Origin: Proteromonas lacertae
Lineage: Eukaryota
Assembly: GCA_002245135.1 (NCBI GenBank)
Contig: NGBS01000293.1
Span: forward strand, 186,001-250,000
Direction of reading: 5' to 3'
Length of the DNA: 64,000 nucleotides
This document shows, piece by piece, positions 15,001 through 27,700 of the stretch (position 1 is its first letter; every line of letters begins with the position of its first letter). Below the pieces are notes generated by a model. That model made no database searches and was not told the origin of the DNA. It was given only the letters and a program-made list of their open reading frames with translations. The position numbers and the translations under genes were made by a program.

Positions 15001-16457
15001 TTAAATGAATTGAAAGGATTAAAGAATGAAAATACTGAAGATGATGCTAAATTAGACAAAAGTGCAGAATTGAAGAATAAATATGAAAATGATATAAAAG
15101 AGTATAAAGAAATCCTAGAAAATGTAGAATTAAAGCCAATAGAAGAAATGGATAAAGATTTAAAAGAAATGGAAGAAAAGATATTAGAAAATAATGTTGA
15201 TAATAAAGAATTGAAAGAATTACGAGATGAACTAGATAATTTAAAGAATGAGTTGAAAGAGAAGAGTGGAGTTGAAGATATTTGTGAAGTGACTAAGAAA
15301 TTGAAAGATATAAAGAATAAAGAGAATGAATTGAAAGAAAGTGAAAATAAGATGAAAGAAAAGACAGAATTGAAAGAAGAGATTAATAAACTAGAAGAAA
15401 TATTAAAGAATCCTGAAATAGAGAAAGTAAAAGAAGATGAAAATGATGAAATAGATAAATTATTAGATGAGTTAAGAAAGAGACGAGATGATTTACGAGA
15501 AGAATATTTGAAAGATAAAGGCAAAGAATTTGAATATGATGATAGTATGATAAATGAAGAAGAAGATAAGAAAGAAATGTTAAATGAAATAGATAAATTA
15601 AAGAAGTTAGTGAATAAAGATAGTAAAGAAGATCATCTAGATTCAAATAGTCTTCCAGAATTGAAAGCCAAATTATCAGAATTATTAAAAGAATACAAAG
15701 AGAGATTCGATAAAGAATATGAAGATGAAATAAGTGAAGAAGAAAAGTTATTGAAAGAAAAGACTCGAGAAAAGACAATTCTATTAGATGAAATAAATCA
15801 ACTAGAAGATAATTTGAACAAACCCGAAGAAGAAAGATACAAAGACAATATAGATGAAGAAATTAAAGAATTGAAAGAGAAAAGAGATGAATTATTGAAA
15901 GATTATAAAGACAAATTTGGAAATGATTTTGTTTATTCAGCTGAGATAATCAGTGATGAAAGTGAGAATAAAGAAGAAGAAAAAGTCGAAGATGTAAAAG
16001 ATATAAAAGAAAAGAATGATGATAAAGAAAATAAAGAAAGTGAAAAGAAAAAGCTGATGAAAGAAATCGAGATATTAGAAGATTGTTTAAGAAAAGATAA
16101 TTTAGATGAAAATCTAAAAGAATTAGAAGATGAAATGAAAGAAGAGAAAGAAAAATTGAAAGAAATGAAAGAAGAAGATGAAAAATTAAAAGAAGAAAAT
16201 GAAATTGAATTAAATGAGTTAAAAGAAAAACGAAATGAACTATTAAATGAATTAAAAATGAAGAATGGAAGTGAAGATATAAAAAAGTTAGAAGAACTAT
16301 TGAATGAATTAGATAAAGTGAGAAATGAAGAAGATGATATGAAGAGTAAAGAAGATGAAAATATGAAAATGTCAAAATGCAAAGAAGAAGAAAAGAGTAA
16401 ATTGAAAGAAGAAATGGATAAACTGGAAGAGTTATTAAATAATCCATTATTAGAAAG
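1..16457 (+). repeat. Coding higher-order tandem repeat, 6654-bp unit (2218 aa), about 2.5 copies visible
   Basis: The same anchor occurs at 107, 6781 and 13432. The spacings of 6674 (6654 plus 20 inserted nt) and 6651 (6654 minus 3 single-A deletions) both reduce to 6654. Copy 3 diverges at about 16457 after CCATTATTAGAAAG. Confidence 0.9.
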
Positions 16458-19400
16458 TGAATTATTGAAGAAAGCCCAAGTTGATATTGATGAATCAGGT
16501 ATAGAAGATGACGAATTAAAAGAATTAGAGAATAAACGAAATGAAATATTAAATGAGATAAAAGAGAAGAGTGGTGAAGAAGATATTGAAAAGTTAGAAA
16601 GTTTATTAAAAGAATTGGAAGACAAGAAAAATGAGAATGCTGATGTTAAAGAAAGATTATTAAAAGAGAAAGAAGAAAAAGTTGAAGAAAATGAGAAACT
16701 GAAGAATGGTTTAAAATCTGAAATTTGCAAATTAGAAGATTTATTAAAAGATTTAGATGGTAAAAATAAAGATGAAATCTTGAATGAACTTAAAATCTTA
16801 GAAAATGATTCAATAGAAAATCGTCTAAAAATGGATAAAGAAGAAGAAGAACGAGAAAAAGAGATTAATGAATTGAAGAAAGAAAAAGAAGATTTAATGA
16901 CCCAATTAAGTGAATTAAATGAAAATCGTGAAAATGAATTAAATGAAATGAAAGAAGAAATTTATGAAATCGAAATAATCGGAAATGAAAGTAAAATGAA
17001 TGATGATGAAGAAATGAAATTATCAATGTTAAAAGATATAGAAGATTTAGAGAGATTAATAAAAGAAAAAGAAGAAGAATTAAGTAAACTGAAAGAGTTA
17101 AATGAAAACAAGTTATTAGAAGATGTTAATAAAGTTGAAGAAGAATTAGAAGAAGAGAATAATAAATTAAAAGAAAAAGAAGAAAAACTGAACAAGTTAA
17201 ATGAATTAGAAGAAGATCGAGATAAATTATTAGAAGAAATCATAGAAAAGAGTGGAAGTGAAGATATAGATAAATTGAAAAAGATGTTAAATGAATTGAA
17301 AGGATTAAAGAATGAAAATACTGAAGATGATGCTAAATTAGACAAAAGTGCAGAATTGAAGAATAAATATGAAAATGATATAAAAGAGTATAAAGAAATC
17401 CTAGAAAATGTAGAATTAAAGCCAATAGAAGAAATGGATAAAGATTTAAAAGAAATGGAAGAAAAGATATTAGAAAATAATGTTGATAATAAAGAATTGA
17501 AAGAATTACGAGATGAACTAGATAATTTAAAGAATGAGTTGAAAGAGAAGAGTGGAGTTGAAGATATTTGTGAAGTGACTAAGAAATTGAAAGATATAAA
17601 GAATAAAGAGAATGAATTGAAAGAAAGTGAAAATAAGATGAAAGAAAAGACAGAATTGAAAGAAGAGATTAATAAACTAGAAGAAATATTAAAGAATCCT
17701 GAAGAAGTAGATAAGAACTTAGAAAGTATTACTAATATTAGTGGTAATGAAGAAATTGATGATAATGAAAATGTAGACTTAGTTAATGAATATAATACTC
17801 TAAAGTATAACTACAATGAAGCATTAAACAAAATCAAAAAGTTGAATGACAGAATTGAAGAATTGGAATTAGAAAATTCCAATAAGAATGATAATAAAGA
17901 TGATTTAGAAAAGAATTATGACGAGATAAAGAATGAGAATGATAATTTGAATGAATCATTGAAAGCTAAAGAAAGTGAATATATGAAAGAGAATCTTGAA
18001 TTAGAAAGTAAGTTGAAAGAAGTGGAAGATAAATTATGTGAGAATGAATCTGAGTTGAAAGAGAAAGAAGATAAGATCGAAGAATTGGAAAATGAGAATG
18101 CGAAATTAAAAGAGAAGAATGAATTGGGAGAAGAAATCCAGAGATTATTAAATGATATATTAGAGAAAGATAAGAATGATGAAGAGATGAATGAGTTAAA
18201 AGAAAATCGAGAAAAATGTTTAGAAGAGTTATATAATAAATATCCAAGTGCTGATGTAGATAAATTGAAGAGAATGATAAATGAGTTAAAAGAAAATGAT
18301 AATAAATTAGAAGAAATGAATGAAGATAATGATGATAATAAAGTGAAATTAATGAATGAGATAAAACTGTTAAAAGATTGTTTAAATAATGAAAAACTGA
18401 ATGTAGATGATATAGTTGAAGATTTAGAAAATCTTAATAAAGAAAGTGAAGATGACGAGTTGAAAGAATTGAAAGAGAAAAGAGATAAATTATTGAAAGA
18501 TTATAAAGACAAATTTGGAAATGATTTTGTTTATTCAGCTGAGATAATCAGTGATGAAAGTGAGAATAAAGAAGAAGAAAAAGTCGAAGATGTAAAAGAT
18601 ATAAAAGAAAAGAATGATGATAAAGAAAATAAAGAAAGTGAAAAGAAAAAGCTGATGAAAGAAATCGAGATATTAGAAGATTGTTTAAGAAAAGATAATT
18701 TAGATGAAAATCTAAAAGAATTAGAAGATGAAATGAAAGAAGAGAAAGAAAAATTGAAAGAAATGAAAGAAGAAGATGAAAAATTAAAAGAAGAAAATGA
18801 AATTGAATTAAATGAGTTAAAAGAAAAACGAAATGAACTATTAAATGAATTAAAAATGAAGAATGGAAGTGAAGATATAAAAAAGTTAGAAGAACTATTG
18901 AATGAATTAGATAAAGTGAGAAATGAAGAAGATGATATGAAGAGTAAAGAAGATGAAAATATGAAAATGTCAAAATGCAAAGAAGAAGAAAAGAGTAAAT
19001 TGAAAGAAGAAATGGATAAACTGGAAGAGTTATTAAATAATCCATTATTAGAAAGTGAATTATTGAAGAAAGCCCAAGTTGATATTGATGAATCAGGTAT
19101 AGAAGATGACGAATTAAAAGAATTAGAGAATAAACGAAATGAAATATTAAATGAGATAAAAGAGAAGAGTGGTGAAGAAGATATTGAAAAGTTAGAAAGT
19201 TTATTAAAAGAATTGGAAGACAAGAAAAATGAGAATGCTGATGTTAAAGAAAGATTATTAAAAGAGAAAGAAGAAAAAGTTGAAGAAAATGAGAAACTGA
19301 AGAATGGTTTAAAATCTGAAATTTGCAAATTAGAAGATTTATTAAAAGATTTAGATGGTAAAAATAAAGATGAAATCTTGAATGAACTTAAAATCTTAGA

Positions 19401-22400
19401 AAATGATTCAATAGAAAATCGTCTAAAAATGGATAAAGAAGAAGAAGAACGAGAAAAAGAGATTAATGAATTGAAGAAAGAAAAAGAAGATTTAATGACC
19501 CAATTAAGTGAATTAAATGAAAATCGTGAAAATGAATTAAATGAAATGAAAGAAGAAATTTATGAAATCGAAATAATCGGAAATGAAAGTAAAATGAATG
19601 ATGATGAAGAAATGAAATTATCAATGTTAAAAGATATAGAAGATTTAGAGAGATTAATAAAAGAAAAAGAAGAAGAATTAAGTAAACTGAAAGAGTTAAA
19701 TGAAAACAAGTTATTAGAAGATGTTAATAAAGTTGAAGAAGAATTAGAAGAAGAGAATAATAAATTAAAAGAAAAAGAAGAAAAACTGAACAAGTTAAAT
19801 GAATTAGAAGAAGATCGAGATAAATTATTAGAAGAAATCATAGAAAAGAGTGGAAGTGAAGATATAGATAAATTGAAAAAGATGTTAAATGAATTGAAAG
19901 GATTAAAGAATGAAAATACTGAAGATGATGCTAAATTAGACAAAAGTGCAGAATTGAAGAATAAATATGAAAATGATATAAAAGAGTATAAAGAAATCCT
20001 AGAAAATGTAGAATTAAAGCCAATAGAAGAAATGGATAAAGATTTAAAAGAAATGGAAGAAAAGATATTAGAAAATAATGTTGATAATAAAGAATTGAAA
20101 GAATTACGAGATGAACTAGATAATTTAAAGAATGAGTTGAAAGAGAAGAGTGGAGTTGAAGATATTTGTGAAGTGACTAAGAAATTGAAAGATATAAAGA
20201 ATAAAGAGAATGAATTGAAAGAAAGTGAAAATAAGATGAAAGAAAAGACAGAATTGAAAGAAGAGATTAATAAACTAGAAGAAATATTAAAGAATCCTGA
20301 AGAAGTAGATAAGAACTTAGAAAGTATTACTAATATTAGTGGTAATGAAGAAATTGATGATAATGAAAATGTAGACTTAGTTAATGAATATAATACTCTA
20401 AAGTATAACTACAATGAAGCATTAAACAAAATCAAAAAGTTGAATGACAGAATTGAAGAATTGGAATTAGAAAATTCCAATAAGAATGATAATAAAGATG
20501 ATTTAGAAAAGAATTATGACGAGATAAAGAATGAGAATGATAATTTGAATGAATCATTGAAAGCTAAAGAAAGTGAATATATGAAAGAGAATCTTGAATT
20601 AGAAAGTAAGTTGAAAGAAGTGGAAGATAAATTATGTGAGAATGAATCTGAGTTGAAAGAGAAAGAAGATAAGATCGAAGAATTGGAAAATGAGAATGCG
20701 AAATTAAAAGAGAAGAATGAATTGGGAGAAGAAATCCAGAGATTATTAAATGATATATTAGAGAAAGATAAGAATGATGAAGAGATGAATGAGTTAAAAG
20801 AAAATCGAGAAAAATGTTTAGAAGAGTTATATAATAAATATCCAAGTGCTGATGTAGATAAATTGAAGAGAATGATAAATGAGTTAAAAGAAAATGATAA
20901 TAAATTAGAAGAAATGAATGAAGATAATGATGATAATAAAGTGAAATTAATGAATGAGATAAAACTGTTAAAAGATTGTTTAAATAATGAAAAACTGAAT
21001 GTAGATGATATAGTTGAAGATTTAGAAAATCTTAATAAAGAAAGTGAAGATGACGAGTTGAAAGAATTGAAAGAGAAAAGAGATAAATTATTGAAAGATT
21101 ATAAAGACAAATTTGGAAATGATTTTGTTTATTCAGCTGAGATAATCAGTGATGAAAGTGAGAATAAAGAAGAAGAAAAAGTCGAAGATGTAAAAGATAT
21201 AAAAGAAAAGAATGATGATAAAGAAAATAAAGAAAGTGAAAAGAAAAAGCTGATGAAAGAAATCGAGATATTAGAAGATTGTTTAAGAAAAGATAATTTA
21301 GATGAAAATCTAAAAGAATTAGAAGATGAAATGAAAGAAGAGAAAGAAAAATTGAAAGAAATGAAAGAAGAAGATGAAAAATTAAAAGAAGAAAATGAAA
21401 TTGAATTAAATGAGTTAAAAGAAAAACGAAATGAACTATTAAATGAATTAAAAATGAAGAATGGAAGTGAAGATATAAAAAAGTTAGAAGAACTATTGAA
21501 TGAATTAGATAAAGTGAGAAATGAAGAAGATGATATGAAGAGTAAAGAAGATGAAAATATGAAAATGTCAAAATGCAAAGAAGAAGAAAAGAGTAAATTG
21601 AAAGAAGAAATGGATAAACTGGAAGAGTTATTAAATAATCCATTATTAGAAAGTGAATTATTGAAGAAAGCCCAAGTTGATATTGATGAATCAGGTATAG
21701 AAGATGACGAATTAAAAGAATTAGAGAATAAACGAAATGAAATATTAAATGAGATAAAAGAGAAGAGTGGTGAAGAAGATATTGAAAAGTTAGAAAGTTT
21801 ATTAAAAGAATTGGAAGACAAGAAAAATGAGAATGCTGATGTTAAAGAAAGATTATTAAAAGAGAAAGAAGAAAAAGTTGAAGAAAATGAGAAACTGAAG
21901 AATGGTTTAAAATCTGAAATTTGCAAATTAGTAGAAATCTTGAATAATCCATTACTAGAAAAATGTGTAGAAATGGAGACTAAGATAAAAAAGTTAAGAG
22001 AAGACGATTATGGTGATTATAAGAATGAATCAGTTATGAATGATTTACAGAAGAAGAAAGGTGAATTGTTGAAAGAGGTGAAGAGTAAATGTGGAAGTGA
22101 TGACATTGACAGAATAGAAAAATTATTAGAAGAAATAGAAACGTTACAATCATCAGTATGTGTAGATACAAATGAATCAAGGGATGATATTAAACAAGAA
22201 ATTAAAAGAATCAATAGAGTTTTAAGAAACAGACAACTTAAACCAATCAATGAAATGGAGAAGACTATACAAGAATTGAAAGATCCAAAATTAAAGAAGT
22301 TGATTGAAGAAAGAGATAATTTGAAGAAAGAAATAAAGAAGAAAACAGGATCAGATGATATAAAGAGACTAGAATCTTTATTACAGGAATTATCAATTGT

Positions 22401-24753
22401 GATGTCTAAAACACAACAACAGCCAAAGGAAGACAAAGAAGTATTAAAAAATGAAATTTATCAAATGAAAAAGATTTTGAATAATCCAGATTTAGATGAT
22501 ATTAATTCATTAAAGAAAGCAATAAAACAGTCAAAAGATATAGAATATAATGCCTTGTTGAAACAAAAGGAGAGTATGATGAATGACTTAACATCAAAAT
22601 ACGACAATCCGACAATAGCTAATGATATTCATCAATCCATTCAAATGAATCCACAAATTGGTGATATAATGAATCTTCAAAGCCAATACATAAATAATGT
22701 CTCAGATATTGGAGTTGGTAATAATTCATTACCATTATTGAATTTATCATCATATCCAGATCAAAATCCATTATATCTCAGTTTCATTAATGCATTGAAT
22801 AATTTCATCGCTATGTTTGAGAATAATCCAGAAATGATGGATCATGCATTAAATAGTTTGAATAAATTCCTTAATTCAATGATAGAGAATATACACCATC
22901 TTCAGTACTTTAATGAATCATCAATGTTATATACTTACTTAAACTCTGCTGAAAATTTATCAGATGATGAAAATGAAGATGAAAATGATAATCCAGAGCA
23001 AAAGAATTCTTTGATTGGTAATATAAATGAAATGAAGAATTTGTTAGAAAACAAGATTGAAAATCCAGATGAATATTTCGATTCTCTGATACAACCACAA
23101 CTAGAAGAGGATATGAAACTGTTGAATGAAATGGATGAAGTTGAAAATAGTTTATTATCAATATTACCACCAGAAGATGACTTACATACATCTCAATTAC
23201 AATATGTTGTAGAATCTTTAGAGAATTTATTAAGATTGAAATATCCAAATTGTGGTGATAAAATACACACATACTTACAACAGTTGTTATTATCTAATAA
23301 TCCAGAGAGTATAGATGAGATTAAGAATCACTTACAGCAATTAAATGATTTAAAGAATAAAGTATTTGATGAAAAAGCAAAATGTGAAGAATTATGTGGT
23401 AATTATCTTACAGATGCAATGAAAAATGATAATCTTAAACTAGAGAATGAGAAGAAAGATTTAAAGAATGAAATATCATCATTAAGCTCATCAAATGAAG
23501 AGACTGATCCAAAGAAGATAAAAGATAATTTACTTAGTGAAGTAACAGAGAAGTATCCAGAAGTAAGTGAGATATTAGATGAATTGAAAGAAGCAAATGA
23601 CAAACATGAGAAATTGGTTGGTGAGTTAGAAAATTTAAAGAAAGAAAAAGGAATGTTGGAAAAGAAGAAATCATTAACAACAAAACCACCATATGATGAA
23701 GGTGAAGTGAATAAGAGTCTAAATGAAGAAATTCAAATATTGAAAGATATATTATCTGGAAAAGATCCTAAGAAAATAATAGAAAATCTGAAAAAGGATA
23801 TTGAAGAGAAGCAGGAGAAAGATGAAGAAATTCAAAATGAAATAGAAGGATTGACTAATGCAATGAAAGAGTTAGCAGAAGAAATAGAAGATTATACAAA
23901 TCCATTAACAAGAGAAGCATTTGATAATGAAAGTGATAAAGAATTATTAGACAAAAGAAATGCTTTAATAGAGGAATTGCAATCAAAAGATGGTATAGAT
24001 AATAATGACTTAGATCAAATAAATGAATTGATTAACACAAAGAATAGATTAAATGATGCATTAGAAAGACATTTAGGAGAAAAAGAAGAAAAAGAAGATA
24101 TATTAGATAGACAGAATAAATTCATATCATTGATAAGTGAAACAGCTGATATTAGTTTATACAATGATAATACAATAAATAGTCGTTTAGATGAATTGAA
24201 TCAAACATCAAATGGTCTTGTTGATAGTGTTACTTTTACTAACTTGAATGAAACTAATATTGATGATTATGAAAGAATGCATAAGGAAGTTATTAAATTA
24301 ACTATAGAAAATAGAAAATTGCTTTACTTCATAAAGAATAAATTAAAACAAAATGATTATGAAAATGTGGTAGAGGCAAATAAGACACTTCTTGAACAGA
24401 ATACAACATTACAACAGCAATTATTGAATCTTAGTGGAAGTCAAGATGGATCATATGATTATGACAATCTATTGCAGGAAACATTAGAAGAAATATACAA
24501 TACATCTCAAGAACAAATAAATAGAAATTCTACTTTCTATGAGGAGAAACAAAAAGTGATTGAAGACATGTCAGGCAGTGTAAATAGTAAGATTCTAATG
24601 TTAGAAAAAGCGTTAAATGATCAAACTATTAGGAATAAAGAATTAGAGAAAGAGAATTTGAAATTGAGAAAGAAGATTGATAAATATTTTGATAATAGCA
24701 AATACTTATATGATGTTGTTAAAAAATCAGTGAAGAAAGAAGAAATGAAATAA
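1..24753 (+). CDS. Giant E/K-rich repetitive coiled-coil protein, 5'-truncated by the window edge, >8,200 aa visible, no introns seen
   Basis: ORFs 107-2230, 2304-5606, 5521-11079, 11228-13348 and 13432-24753 encode the same repeated peptide blocks. They join into one frame if indels at about 2177-2300, 5558, 11066, 11227 and 13335 (absent from sister copies) are corrected. The non-repetitive C-terminus runs from about 21932 to TAA at 24751-24753. Confidence 0.85.
15866..21931 (+). repeat. Coding higher-order tandem repeat, 2598-bp unit (866 aa), about 2.3 copies
   Basis: Identical antisense ORFs at 15933/18531/21129 and 16962/19560 are spaced exactly 2598 nt apart, in frame. Confidence 0.9.
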
Positions 24754-24790
24754 ATAAATATATTTTGATATAATAAAAATATAATGATTA

Positions 24791-27700
24791 TTATTTTTGA
24801 TTAAATGATTTGTTTTGGCTTGCCATACTTAGTGTTTTTGCCATACTAAAAGCTTTACCAAACATTTCATACTCTTTATCATTTAAAGAAACTGGATTAC
24901 TTGAAAATATAGTTCTTACATTCATTTGATAATTACCTAATTCTTTATCCAATTCAACAAATCTTTCTTTCACTTCTGATAAAAAATCTGAAGCAGAAAT
25001 ATCTACTTTTTCTTCATTTTTATCATCATCAACAATTATATGAGCTTTTTCAGAAAGATTTTCCATCTCTTCATTCATTAAGTTGAATGATACTCTTAGA
25101 TTATCAATTGTTTGAATAATTTTTGAGATAACTTGTTTTGCAGCAGCATCAGCAGTATTAGAGACACTCATAACAGCTTCATGAAGATTAATATATGATT
25201 TTATCAATTGATAGGAAACTGTATATGCTTTTGAAGAAACATCTAATTCACTCAATTCAATTTTACTAATCACATCTTTGATTAATTTAATTTTATTAAT
25301 TTCTTTTTCTGATTTCATTTTCGTTATATCTACTTTAGTGATCTTTGTAACTAATTGAAAGTCAATGAATTTTCTAATATAATTCCAAACCATCTTTTCA
25401 GTAATTTTGACTTTCTCTTCTGGATCATAATGAGGAATAATTTCATATGAAAAACCTTCAGTAAATTGAACATCTGTGATATAATCAACTAAATACAAAC
25501 AGCAGATAAGTACTTGATATGGTTTTTCTTTTGGTGGAACATCATATTTCCTAATTTCAGAATAAGAAGCTCTAGCAGTCATCACAGCTCTTCTAGCATC
25601 TATTTACATATTATTAATAAATATAAAATACTCATAACACATTTCTTCATATTAATTACATTTGGGTCATTGTTTGAATCAGCTTCCTATATATAAAATT
25701 ATAAGTAATTAAAAATATATAATAACAAAAAATACTTCTAATTTTGAAATTAGTTTGTTATAATCATCTTGAATTTGTTGTAATTTCAATTTCTCAGTTT
25801 CTAAACTCTTCAAATTGTTTTTCAACTTTTCATTCTCATTCTTTGAATCATTTAACATTTCTCCCAACTTCAAATAGTTTCTATTTAAAGTGTCATATTC
25901 ACTTTGAATCTGTTCAATCATCTGTTGAGTTTCTGTCAAATCACTGATATAAGAGAAATTTAAATTCTTATAAATTGAATGAACTGATTCTTTGATATTA
26001 ATATCACAATTTTCAAGAGTTTCAATCAATTTATCAAATAGCAATTTATTGGAATTACTTGTATTATTATCACTATTATCATTTTTATTCTTAATATCAA
26101 TAATCTGTTTTTGATATTGTATAAACAGTTTTCTAACTGATTGTATTTGGTTTTGTAATTCAGTGATAATATTACATTTAACTAAAGAAATACTATTTAA
26201 TGAATTAACTGTTAATTCAATATCTTCAATACAATTCTGATAGAAATCATAATTCTTATTATAATTTGCTAAGATATTATTACATTTGATTCTCCTTTGG
26301 TTAAATAACAATAATTTATTCAATAATTCATTTGATTTATTGGTATTGTTTATATTATCAAACATATTCTGTAATCTATTACATAACTCTGTATAACCAT
26401 TTAATTGAAGAATTTCTTCTTCATTATCAACGTCATTATCATTTTGTTGTTGTTGTTGTTGTTGTTGCAATTTATTGTATTCCTGTTTAATATTAATCAA
26501 TTCACTTGATATAGATGATAAATCATTTCTTATCTTGTTGATTTCTTCTTTTTCTTTAACAAAATTTCCAGATTTATTACTATTGCTTTGTTCTTCTAAG
26601 TATTGATAGTTTTCTGATGTATTTGAGATGTATTTTTGTATATTTTTTAGTGAATATTCTCTATTGTTTATTGTATCTGTTATTACTTGATTCAATAGAA
26701 TATATAACTCAGAATTATATGACTTTAAATCTTCCATATTCTTAACCAACTCTCCATTCTTAGTGATTAGTTTTGTATTACTATTATTGATTGATTCTAT
26801 AGTAGTATTCATTATATTTAATATCATTTTCAACGTGTCAACTTCACTCTGTTTCTTCTGCAAATTCTTATGAATATTATTATATTGATTGTTGTACTCT
26901 TCATATTTCTGCATATTTGGATTTTCACTTTCATTTAATCCTTCAATTGCATTATTGGATATTGTTATTGTTGTTTCATATGTTTTAACTGAATATTCAT
27001 CAGCTTTCAATAGATTTCTAATCGTTTTAATATCTGATGGATTTATGATGATGATATTATTACAATTATTCTTTGATTCTATACTCAAAAGTAGCGTATT
27101 TAATTGCGGAATATTTTGTTTTAAATACGATAATAACTTGGCTAATTCTAAATATTTTGTTTGTAATTCACTTATTTTTATAGAATCATTTATACTTTTA
27201 TTCATTTCTTCATACTTTTGGTTATTTTCGACTGTTTTCTTCATTGCCATTATTATTGTGTTATTCATTTTCTTCATTTCTTCAGTCTTTGTTAATGATT
27301 CAGAATTATCATTTTCTTTCAAATTATTTAGATTTGTTTCACATTCTTTTATTGATTTACTCAAAGATGTTATTTTATTCTCCAAAAAGTTCAATTTCAA
27401 AGGGTTTGAATTTGGTCTTGATTTATACTTTTCTATATTTGTTTTCAAATCTTTTGATTTATTAAATGTATCAATTTGAGATAATAAAATATCAACAGCA
27501 GTATTTGTGCTTTCAGTATAAATATCAGAATTTTCTTTAGAAGTTTTTACAATTCTTTCAACTTCTTTTAATAATAATCCATAATTCTTTTGAATATTAA
27601 TTAATGAAGAATAATAAGATTCTATTATTGTTTGAAGACGATTTAATTTGGAATGGATACTTAGAATAATATCATTATTATTACTATCATTATCATCGTT

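Noticed and set aside
1..21931. Long direct repeats as a transposon, LTR element or CRISPR-like array
   Set aside because: They are entirely in-frame coding, with no transposase/RT, terminal repeats or spacer structure.
1411..23603. Many long minus-strand S/F/L-rich ORFs opposite the giant gene (and plus-strand ones opposite 25709-34909)
   Set aside because: These are shadow ORFs from purine-skewed GAA/AAA codons; they repeat with the sense repeat and show no independent signal.
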